Assembly (NCBI GenBank): GCA_004554165.1
Contig: SFNQ01000015.1
Coordinates: 3,375-67,374 of the forward strand
Source: Clostridiales bacterium
Lineage (GTDB): Bacteria; Bacillota; Clostridia; Christensenellales; CAG-138
Length of the DNA stretch: 64,000 bases
Reading direction: 5' to 3'
The notes under the pieces are model-generated. The model saw nothing but the letters and a program-made list of their open reading frames with translations, was not told the DNA's origin and ran no database searches. Shown here piece after piece: positions 20,779 to 27,936 of this stretch. Positions within the stretch are counted from its first letter, which is position 1, and each line of letters begins with the position of its first letter. A program made the translations under genes and the position numbers.

Positions 20779-21759
20779 ATGCCGGCCATCTGCAAGCGCG
20801 CGCCCCTGCCTGCGGCGCTTTTCCAAAGCGTGGAGGATTTTCTCGCCGCGCGGGGTCTGCGCGACGAGGGCGACGCGGAGGTCTTTGCGCTGCTGTATGA
20901 CGATTCGGAGCGGCTTGTCGCCTGCGGCGCACGGGCCGGACGGCTGCTCAAGCAGATAGCCGTTGCGCCCGCTGCGGAGGGCGGCGGCGCCTGCGCCTCC
21001 ATTGTTTCCGCGCTGCTCAGCGAGGCCTATACGGCGGGCGAAACCCACCTGTTCCTCTGTACAAAGCCGGAAAACGGCCGCATGTTCCGCTCTCTTGGCT
21101 TTTTTCCGCTTGCTGAAACGCCGGACGCACTGCTGATGGAAAACCGCCGGGACGGGCTGGAGCGCTTTCTTTCCGCTCTGCCGCATCCCACAGGCCGCGT
21201 CGGCGCGGTGGTCTGCAACTGCAATCCCTTTACGCTGGGACACCGCCACCTCATAGCGACCGCCGCCGCAGCCTGCGACGCGGTGCATGTCTTTGTGCTC
21301 TCAGAGGAGGCCTCGCTGTTTTCCGCCGCAGAGCGCCTTGCGCTGGTGCGCGCGGGCGTGGCGGACCTTTCCAACTGCTTTGTACACGAAAGCGCCCACT
21401 ATCTCGTATCCCGCGCCACCTTTCCCGCTTATTTTATCCGGGACGCCGCCCGCGCCGAGGATGTGCGCGCCGACCTGGATCTGACCCTGTTCGCCTCGCG
21501 CATTGCGCCCGCGCTGGGCATCAGCGTCCGCTTTGTGGGTGAGGAGCCCTTCTGCCCGGTTACGCGCGCCTACAACGAACGGATGAAATCGCTCCTGCCG
21601 CAGTACGGCGTGGAAGTGGTTGAGATTCCCCGGCTCTGCGGCATCAGCGCAAGCCGCGTCCGCGCGCTCATGCAGGAGCGAAAGCTCGACGACATTCGCG
21701 CCCTTGTCCCGGAGGAAAGCTATGCAGCCATCGCCCGTCGCCTTACCCGAGATGCTTGA
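20779..21759 (+). CDS. citC: [Citrate (pro-3S)-lyase] ligase
   Basis: GNAT-like N-terminus plus a nucleotidyltransferase core VVCNCNPFTLGHRHLI...SRATFPAYFI. Confidence 0.9.
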   Translation: MPAICKRAPLPAALFQSVEDFLAARGLRDEGDAEVFALLYDDSERLVACGARAGRLLKQIAVAPAAEGGGACASIVSALLSEAYTAGETHLFLCTKPENGRMFRSLGFFPLAETPDALLMENRRDGLERFLSALPHPTGRVGAVVCNCNPFTLGHRHLIATAAAACDAVHVFVLSEEASLFSAAERLALVRAGVADLSNCFVHESAHYLVSRATFPAYFIRDAARAEDVRADLDLTLFASRIAPALGISVRFVGEEPFCPVTRAYNERMKSLLPQYGVEVVEIPRLCGISASRVRALMQERKLDDIRALVPEESYAAIARRLTRDA

Positions 21760-23017
21760 CGCGCGGGAACGCCGCGCCGCCCTCCAGCGGGCGCTGCTCG
21801 AGCGCTACCGCCTGCCCCTTGTCTGCCTCAGCATGAATATCCCGGGCGCAATCAAGCGCACGCCCTGCATCCGCCTGCTGTTCGACGAGGGCCTGCGGCG
21901 TTTTGATGCGCTGGGCTTTCCCCTCCGGCGGCGGCTGGTGCTGGATGCGGCCACGGGCTGCGAGGCCTTTCTCGCGGTCCATGCGGACGCGGGCGCGCTC
22001 AAGGCCGCCGCAGTCCGGCTGGAGGAGGGCTTTCCCGCCGCGCGGCTGCTGGATTTCGACGTGCTCCTGCCGGGCGGAGAAAAGCTCTCGCGCGGGGAGC
22101 CGCGGCGGTGTCTGCTCTGCGACCGGCCCGCAGCGGAGTGCGCGCGCAGCCGGAACCACGGGCTGGCCGCCCTCGTTCAGAAAACGCAGGCGCTGCTCCA
22201 TGACTTTGCGGCGGCGCTGCTGGCGCAGGACGCGCGGGACGCGCTGCTCGCCGAGCTGTACGCCACGCCGAAGCCGGGCCTTGTGGACGGGAACAACAGC
22301 GGCGCCCACGACGACATGGATCTCCCCCTGTTTGAAGCCAGCGCGGAGGCGCTGTTGCCTTACTTCCGGCAGGCCGTGCTGCATGGGCTGTCCCGCGGCG
22401 GCATGGCCGCGCTGCGCCGGGCGGGGCGGGCGGCTGAAGAAGCAATGTTTGCGGCAACCCGGGGCGTAAACACGCACAAGGGTATGGTCTATTCCATGGG
22501 GCTGCTGCTCTCGGGCATGGGCCGGGCGCTGGCGGAGGGCGGCGACGCTGTGGCCCATGCGGCCGCGCTTGCCCGGGAGGACGCGGAGGCGATGCTGCTT
22601 CGGGCAAGGTCCGCCCCCGACACAAACGGGGCGCGCGTCCTTGCCGCCTACGGCGCCCGCGGCGCGCAGGGCGAGGCCGCAGCAGGCTTTCCCCATGCGC
22701 TGCTGGCGCTGGAGCGAATTTCATTCTACCGCGCGCAGAATGCCGGAAACCCGGCCGCCCTTGCGCTGTGCGACCTTATGGCCGTGGTTGAGGACACGAA
22801 CCTGTTGCACCGCGGCGGCCCTGCGGGCCTTGCCTTTGCGCAGGCTGCGGCTGCCCGCATCGGGCGGCTGCCCATGGAGGAGCGCGAGGCGGCGCTCCTT
22901 GCGCTGGACGGGGAGATGATCGCCCGGCGGCTGTCTCCCGGCGGCTCTGCGGACCTGCTGGCGCTGGGCCTGCTGCTGGGCGCATGGGCGGAGCGCAGCG
23001 GGCCGCTGCTGGATTGA
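21722..23017 (+). CDS. citXG: Fused CitX (holo-ACP synthase) and CitG (triphosphoribosyl-dephospho-CoA synthase)
   Basis: N-terminal CitX pattern (LDARERRAALQ...VCLSMNIPG), C-terminal CitG pattern (TPKPGLVDGNNSGAHDDMD, NTHKG, GGSADLLA). Overlaps the citC end. Confidence 0.85.
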   Translation: MQPSPVALPEMLDARERRAALQRALLERYRLPLVCLSMNIPGAIKRTPCIRLLFDEGLRRFDALGFPLRRRLVLDAATGCEAFLAVHADAGALKAAAVRLEEGFPAARLLDFDVLLPGGEKLSRGEPRRCLLCDRPAAECARSRNHGLAALVQKTQALLHDFAAALLAQDARDALLAELYATPKPGLVDGNNSGAHDDMDLPLFEASAEALLPYFRQAVLHGLSRGGMAALRRAGRAAEEAMFAATRGVNTHKGMVYSMGLLLSGMGRALAEGGDAVAHAAALAREDAEAMLLRARSAPDTNGARVLAAYGARGAQGEAAAGFPHALLALERISFYRAQNAGNPAALALCDLMAVVEDTNLLHRGGPAGLAFAQAAAARIGRLPMEEREAALLALDGEMIARRLSPGGSADLLALGLLLGAWAERSGPLLD

Positions 23018-23111
23018 GCGCCCCCTGCCCCTGCGCAAACAAAAAAACGGGCGCACGGTCCCAAAACAGCGCGCTCCTGCTCCGTTTTTCAAAAAAGACA
23101 AAAAAATCCCC

Positions 23112-23154
23112 CTGCGTCAGGTATTGCTTGTGACGCAGCGTGATCTTCTATGAT
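23112..23154 (+). promoter_or_regulatory. MerR-type promoter with 19-nt spacer and overlapping inverted repeat
   Basis: TTGCTT(23124-23129)-N19-TATGAT(23149-23154). IR CTGCGTCA(23112-23119)/TGACGCAG(23131-23138). Confidence 0.5.
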
Positions 23155-23177
23155 GGGGGCGAAAGGAGGTGAGACCC

Positions 23178-23906
23178 ATGCCGCAATATACCACCGGCGA
23201 GCTGGCGAAGCTCTGCGGCGTGAGTGTGCGCACGGTGCAGTTCTACGATGCAAAGGGCCTGCTCCCGCCGGCTGCGCTGTCCGAAGGCGGACGGCGGCTG
23301 TATGCCGAGGGCGACCTTGCGCGGCTGCGCCTGATTTTGCTGCTCAAATCTCTGGGCCTGTCGCTGGAGGCGGTTCGCGGCGTGCTGAAAAGCGAGGCGT
23401 CCACGGAAATTCTCCTGCTGCTGCTGGATGAGCAGGCAAAAGCGCTCGACGGCGAGCTGCGGGAATTGCAGCAGCGCCGCCGCGCCATCGACGCGGTGCG
23501 CCGGGGCATCCGCAGCGGAGAGATTGCCGACGCCGGTTCCCTCTGCGACATGGGACGCATCATGAAAACCAGAAAAGAGCTGAAGAAGGCCCGGGCGATC
23601 CTGCTCGCTGCCGGCATTCTGCTGGATTTTGCCGAGCTTGGCGCCATACTCCTGTGGATTCTCCGCGGCATCTGGCTGCCCTTCGCCGTGGTCATGCCGC
23701 TGGTCATCCTCGCCGCTGCGCTGCTCTCGCGGATGTATTACCGCGCCACGGCCTATATCTGCCCCGCCTGTCACGCGGTCTTTCGCCCAACGTTCCGGGA
23801 GAGCTTTTTTGCCCGACACACCTATCGCACAAGAAGGCTGACCTGCACGGCCTGCGGCAAAAAGGACTGGTGCATCGAAACCGCCGCCTCGGAGCTGCAA
23901 GAATAG
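23178..23906 (+). CDS. MerR-family regulator with C-terminal TM segments and a zinc ribbon
   Basis: YTTGELAKLCGVSVRTVQFYDAKGLL HTH, coiled coil, two hydrophobic helices, CPACH...CTACG. Confidence 0.85.
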   Translation: MPQYTTGELAKLCGVSVRTVQFYDAKGLLPPAALSEGGRRLYAEGDLARLRLILLLKSLGLSLEAVRGVLKSEASTEILLLLLDEQAKALDGELRELQQRRRAIDAVRRGIRSGEIADAGSLCDMGRIMKTRKELKKARAILLAAGILLDFAELGAILLWILRGIWLPFAVVMPLVILAAALLSRMYYRATAYICPACHAVFRPTFRESFFARHTYRTRRLTCTACGKKDWCIETAASELQE

Positions 23907-24023
23907 CGCGGCCCCGGCCAGAGCGGCGAAGCAGAAGCGCAAAAGCGGCGGAGGAACGGGAAGTCCTCCGCCGCTGCCATTTCCCCATGTACGCCTTCCC
24001 TTCCGCAGCCGTTTCTCAGGGCG

Positions 24024-25034
24024 CTATTCCAGGCACACCCGATAGGCCGTGGGCAGCGAGTGCGTGTGCTCTTCCAGAAAAACCCAGCCCGGGGGAGGCG
24101 CAGTGTTCCCCACCTGAACATGGCACACGCGCATCCGCCATTCCACATGTGTGAAGATGTGCTTTCTCACATAAACCCGCAGCTCGCCAACCGGATGCAG
24201 GCCATGCGCCGCAAGAAACGCCATCATCTGCCCCTCGTCCAGCCAGCCGGGTACGTCCGGCAGCTGATACAGCGAGGCCAGCAACCCCGTCTCCGGCCTG
24301 CGATACCCGAGAACGCCCTGCGGCGAACGCAGCGCAAACACGGTCTTCTGCTCGATGCGCCGGGCCGTTTTCTTTTTCTTTACCGGCAGCTGGCGTTCGA
24401 CCCCCAGGGCGTGTGCGCGGCAGCAGAAGGCGACGGGGCAGTCCGCGCAGCGCGGCGCGCCGTTTGGCAGGCATACGGTGGCGCCAAGCTCCATCATGGC
24501 CTGATTGAACAGGCCCGGCCTATCCTGCGGCATTTCCCGAAGCAGCGTTTCCCGCACCCGGCGGCGGGTGCGCTCGTCCATGATATCCGCGTAATCCGCG
24601 TCCTTTCGCGCCATCACGCGAAGAACGTTCCCGTCCACGGCGGGAACGGGGACGCCGAAGGCAATCGATGCAATCGCGCCCGCCGTATACGCGCCGATGC
24701 CCGGCAGCGCCAGCAGCGCCTCATAGGAGACGGGCAGCGCGCCGCCCTCCCTTTCCACAACCTGCTGCGCGGCCCGTTTGAGATTCCCTGCGCGGCTGTA
24801 GTAGCCAAGGCCTTCCCAGAGCTTCATCAGCCGCCCATCCTCCACCTGCGCAAGCGAGCGCACATCCGGCAACGCCTCCAGAAAGCGGGCATAATACCCC
24901 CGCACCGCCTCCACGCGCGTCTGCTGGAGCATGATCTCGCTGATCCAGATACAATAGGGGTCCCGCGTCCTGCGCCAGGGCAGATCCCGCGCGTTGTTTT
25001 GATACCAGAGGAGCAAAGCGTCGATCCAATTCAT
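24024..25034 (-). CDS. mutY: A/G-specific adenine DNA glycosylase
   Basis: LPWRRTRDPYCIWISEIMLQQT, Fe-S Cys cluster CLPNGAPRCADCPVAFCC, NUDIX-like C-terminus. Confidence 0.92.
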   Translation of the reverse strand: MNWIDALLLWYQNNARDLPWRRTRDPYCIWISEIMLQQTRVEAVRGYYARFLEALPDVRSLAQVEDGRLMKLWEGLGYYSRAGNLKRAAQQVVEREGGALPVSYEALLALPGIGAYTAGAIASIAFGVPVPAVDGNVLRVMARKDADYADIMDERTRRRVRETLLREMPQDRPGLFNQAMMELGATVCLPNGAPRCADCPVAFCCRAHALGVERQLPVKKKKTARRIEQKTVFALRSPQGVLGYRRPETGLLASLYQLPDVPGWLDEGQMMAFLAAHGLHPVGELRVYVRKHIFTHVEWRMRVCHVQVGNTAPPPGWVFLEEHTHSLPTAYRVCLE

Positions 25035-25100
25035 GAAACCAGTATACCATAAACCCCGGTTTGGTGATATAATGGATCGATTTGAAAGGAAGCGATCATT

Positions 25101-25667
25101 ATGGATTTTACCCGCATTACGGAACAGGCCCATGAAGCGGCCGACATTCTGCTCAACGCCGCGCAGCCCGCGGCAGGCGAAATCTGCGTCATCGGCTGCT
25201 CCACCAGCGAAGTCGCAGGCCAGCGCATCGGCTCCGCTTCAAGTCTGGATGTTGCCCGCGCCATCATGGACGGGCTGCTGCCGCCCCTTGCGCAGGCAGG
25301 CGTGTTCGTGGCGGTACAGGGCTGCGAGCACATCAACCGCGCGCTGTGCGTCTCAAAAAACTGCATGGAAAAATACGGGCTGGAGCCGGTTGCCGTGGAG
25401 CCCTGGCTTCGCGCGGGCGGCGCGTTCATCACGGAGGCCTTCGCCCGTTTTTCCGGCTGCGTCATGGTGGAGGATCTCAGAGCAAGAGCGACCCTCGGCA
25501 TGGACATCGGCGGCACGCTCATCGGCATGCATCTTCGTCCGGTCGTCGTGCCCATTCATACGGATTTGAGACGCATCGGCGAGGCAAACCTTATCCTCGC
25601 CCGCTGCCGTCCGAAGTACATTGGCGGCCCGAGAGCCCATTATGGAGGGCTGGAAAGCGCGCATTAA
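25101..25667 (+). CDS. TIGR01440 (UPF0340/DUF436) family protein
   Basis: ICVIGCSTSEVAGQRIG...VQGCEHINRAL...GMDIGGTLIGMH. Confidence 0.85.
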   Translation: MDFTRITEQAHEAADILLNAAQPAAGEICVIGCSTSEVAGQRIGSASSLDVARAIMDGLLPPLAQAGVFVAVQGCEHINRALCVSKNCMEKYGLEPVAVEPWLRAGGAFITEAFARFSGCVMVEDLRARATLGMDIGGTLIGMHLRPVVVPIHTDLRRIGEANLILARCRPKYIGGPRAHYGGLESAH

Positions 25668-25730
25668 ATCTGTTTTTTGGGGTTATTTTTACAAAAACCC
25701 TTGTTTTTGGGCCGAAAATTAGAATAATGT

Positions 25731-25760
25731 TTGCATTGTGACAAGTACTTGTTTTATAAT
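25731..25760 (+). promoter_or_regulatory. Sigma-70-type promoter
   Basis: TTGCAT(25731-25736)-N18-TATAAT(25755-25760). The predicted start is about 25766-25768. Confidence 0.55.
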
Positions 25761-25766
25761 GCAAGA

Positions 25767-25988
25767 GGTATCCGCATGCGGGTCTGTGGTTGAAAATCGA
25801 TGCCAGTCGCAGGCGAAACGATCCACGTAAGCGGAAAAAGAGTTCCGTGAGCATGGTGCGGTCTAGATGTAAGTCCAACCGGGGCGACCCGAGAGGGGCA
25901 GTAGTGGGGAGCCGAAGCAGGCTTATGAGCGAACCCTCCCGTTGGCGAGTGTGGGGGCAAAAACCAGGTCAGCCGCCATTCGGATACC
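25767..25988 (+). ncRNA. Unassigned structured RNA or 5' leader (~220 nt) upstream of the zinc-ribbon gene
   Basis: Long-range closing helix: 25767-25774 with 25981-25988, extended by ATG/CAT, CGG/CCG, CTG/CAG and GGTT/AACC. Internal hairpins at 25796-25822, 25824-25849 and 25907-25940. Sits in a 362-nt gap with no credible ORF. Confidence 0.4.
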
Positions 25989-26029
25989 AAAAAAATTAAC
26001 TGCCAAAGGCAAAGGGGAAAGAAAGTAAC

Positions 26030-26305
26030 ATGTTCGAAGACAAGACACTGGTTTGCAAGGACTGCGGCGCGGAATTCGTTTTCACCGCAGGCGAGCAGGA
26101 GTTCTACGCGGAGAAGGGCTTCCAGAACGAGCCCGTCCGCTGCAAGGCCTGCCGTTCCAACCGTAAGTCCCAGCGCGGCGGCGAGCGCGAAATGTTCGAT
26201 GCGGTCTGCGCTGAGTGCGGCGCGCCCACGAAGATCCCGTTCCAGCCGCGCAACGACCGTCCCATCTATTGCAGCGAATGCTTCCAGAACCACAAAAACC
26301 ACTAA
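26030..26305 (+). CDS. Duplicated CxxC zinc-ribbon protein
   Basis: CKDCGAEF...CKAC and CAECGAPT...CSEC, 91 aa. Confidence 0.8.
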   Translation: MFEDKTLVCKDCGAEFVFTAGEQEFYAEKGFQNEPVRCKACRSNRKSQRGGEREMFDAVCAECGAPTKIPFQPRNDRPIYCSECFQNHKNH

Positions 26306-26336
26306 CTCTTGTCTTTTGACCTGAGTAAAACCGACC

Positions 26337-26377
26337 CGGGGAATGGACGCGATCCAACGTCCGTTCCCCGTTTTTTT
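26337..26377 (+). terminator. Rho-independent terminator
   Basis: CGGGGAATGGACG/CGTCCGTTCCCCG stem (one G-U pair) followed by T7. Confidence 0.75.
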
Positions 26378-26581
26378 GCACGCAGGAAGGCGTTGGGGGA
26401 GTTATCGTGCAAAGGACGCATGGGGCGGTGACGGGAGATGACTCGATGGTCAGCCAGCTGTGTATCGAAGAGCCTCCAATCACCGTCCTATGCGCCCTTT
26501 ACTGTATAGCTCTCCCAACGAACTCCTTCATAGCTATACTGTCCAACCTGTTTGACAAACCTACAAAGGCTTGCACGCGCA

Positions 26582-26624
26582 TGCAATCCATGGATTGCAC
26601 CGGAGCCTTCGATTGGGGTATAAT
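26582..26624 (+). promoter_or_regulatory. Promoter with an overlapping perfect 18-bp palindrome
   Basis: TGCAATCCATGGATTGCA (26582-26599) overlaps TTGCAC(26595-26600)-N18-TATAAT(26619-26624). Confidence 0.5.
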
Positions 26625-26657
26625 AGAAAAAACATCAGGAATAAGGAGAAAACAATC

Positions 26658-27065
26658 ATGGATATGCAAAAGCTTTCCGACATCATGGGAAAATTCTGCT
26701 GCGGTAATCTGGCGACCATCAGCCAGGAGGGGTATCCGGACCTGCGGGGCTGGAAATTCCAGTTCATCCGGGAGGGCAAGCCCTTTTTTACCACCTCGAA
26801 TGAAAAGAACGTGTACCGTCAAATGGCCGCGAACCCCAAGGCAACCTTTGCATGCAGCGTAAACGGCTACGAAGTGCGCATCATGGGCGACGTTAAATTT
26901 GCAGAGGACCCGGCGCTCATCGAGGAAATCTACAATACCATGGACGCCAGCGTCAGAAAGCTCTATCCCACCGTGGATTCCAACGGCTTTACGGCCATGT
27001 ATTTTGACCATGGCATCGTCAAGTATGCAAAGGACGGCGGCAAGTTCGAAAGCTTCACCTTCTGA
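26658..27065 (+). CDS. Pyridoxamine 5'-phosphate oxidase-family (FMN-binding split barrel) protein
   Basis: AAGGAG before ATG 26658. GNLATISQEGYPDLRGW...KPFFTTSNEKNVYRQM pattern. Confidence 0.75.
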   Translation: MDMQKLSDIMGKFCCGNLATISQEGYPDLRGWKFQFIREGKPFFTTSNEKNVYRQMAANPKATFACSVNGYEVRIMGDVKFAEDPALIEEIYNTMDASVRKLYPTVDSNGFTAMYFDHGIVKYAKDGGKFESFTF

Positions 27066-27115
27066 GAGAACCGGGAAGGATGACACAGGGCTTCCGGCGC
27101 TGCCGGAAGCCCTGT

Positions 27116-27281
27116 GACTGTCGAAAAAGCGGAAGCCTCCACTTTTTCGAGAATATCTCAAGGGCAGCTTGCGCCTGCAGCGCGGCCAGCCGCCCTTGCA
27201 GGGAAAGCCTTGCTTCGCAAGCGCTTTTGCGGATCCGGCGTACATGCCGCCGGATCCGAACAAAGCCTCCGGGGGCTGTGT
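27116..27281 (+). repeat. 166-bp repeat unit, copy 1
   Basis: GACTGTCGAAAAAG.GGAAGCCTCCACTTTTTCGAGAATATCTCAAGGGCAGC...GGATCCGGCGTACATGCCGCCGGATCC...CCTCCGGGGGCTG. Confidence 0.9.
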
Positions 27282-27444
27282 GACTGTCGAAAAAGTGGAA
27301 GCCTCCACTTTTTCGAGAATATCTCAAGGGCAGCTTGCGCCTGCGGCGCGGCCAGCCGCCCTTGCAGGGAAAGCCTTGCTTCGCAAGCGCTTTTGCGGAT
27401 CCGGCGTACATGCCGCCGGATCCGAACAAAGCCTCCGGGGGCTG
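27282..27444 (+). repeat. 166-bp repeat unit, copy 2 (tandem with copy 1)
   Basis: Near-identical to copy 1, with a few substitutions by eye. The period 27116 to 27282 is 166 bp. Confidence 0.9.
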
Positions 27445-27688
27445 GGAAGCCCTCATGAGATTGTCGAAAAACTCCGGGGTTGATAAGGGGCCGCAGCCCC
27501 TTATGTGCAATCCGGCTCTGACGACAAGTGCGTCAGAACGGATGAAAACCCAGAGGTTTTCGTACTTTGCAGGTTTTGCCGCCCGGGAGCTGATGCGAGA
27601 GGCAAAACCTGTGAAAGCTCGAAAAAGTGGCGTTCAGCCACTTTTTCGACACTCTGATGAGGGCTTCCGGCGCTGCCGGAAGCCCTGT

Positions 27689-27851
27689 GACTGCCAAAAA
27701 AGTGGAAGCCTCCACTTTTTCTAGAATATCTCAAGGGCAGCTTGCGCCTGCAGCGCGGTCAGCCGCCCTTGCAGGGAAAGCCTTGCTTCGCAAGCGCTTT
27801 TGCGGATCCGGCGTACATGCCGCCGGATCCGAACAAAGCCTCCGGGGGCTG
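27689..27851 (+). repeat. 166-bp repeat unit, copy 3
   Basis: Same unit after a 245-bp unique hairpin-rich spacer; a few substitutions (e.g. GACTGCCAAAAAAG). Confidence 0.9.
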
Positions 27852-27885
27852 CGGCCCCCGAAGCCCCCAAATATTTATCGACAGA

Positions 27886-27923
27886 ACGAGGGCTTCCGGC
27901 GCTGCCGGAAGCCCTCGTTTTTT
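27886..27923 (+). terminator. Terminator-shaped copy of the repeat hairpin
   Basis: ACGAGGGCTTCCGGC/GCCGGAAGCCCTCGT 15-bp stem followed by T6. Confidence 0.5.
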
Positions 27924-27936
27924 CCTGTTGTGTTTT

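Larger units (their letters stand above)
27085..27923 (+). repeat. Hairpin-rich repeat cluster filling an ~870-bp intergenic region
   Basis: Contains three ~165-bp units plus three copies of the hairpin GGGCTTCCGGC-GCT-GCCGGAAGCCC (27085-27115, 27660-27686, 27886-27918). Confidence 0.9.

Noticed and set aside
25767-25988. Identification of the structured RNA as RNase P RNA, SRP RNA, glmS ribozyme, ykkC, c-di-AMP or cobalamin riboswitch
   Set aside because: Only short local resemblances were found: AAGTCC...GGCTTA, CCAGGTCAG, CCTCCCG..GAGTGTG and CCCGAGAG. The invariant cores as I remember them (GAGGAAAGUCC, GGAAGCAGC, AGCGCCAGAACU and the B12 box) are absent. The size and motif order are also wrong. 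It is left unassigned.
25790-25999. 69-aa ORF inside the structured RNA region
   Set aside because: It is highly basic and low-complexity (RRRNDPRKRKKSS...), has no RBS, and coincides with strong RNA helices.
27085-27923. Possible CRISPR array
   Set aside because: The repeat unit is ~166 bp, and two copies are directly tandem with no unique spacers of uniform size. There are no cas genes in the window. The structure is a multi-hairpin intergenic repeat.
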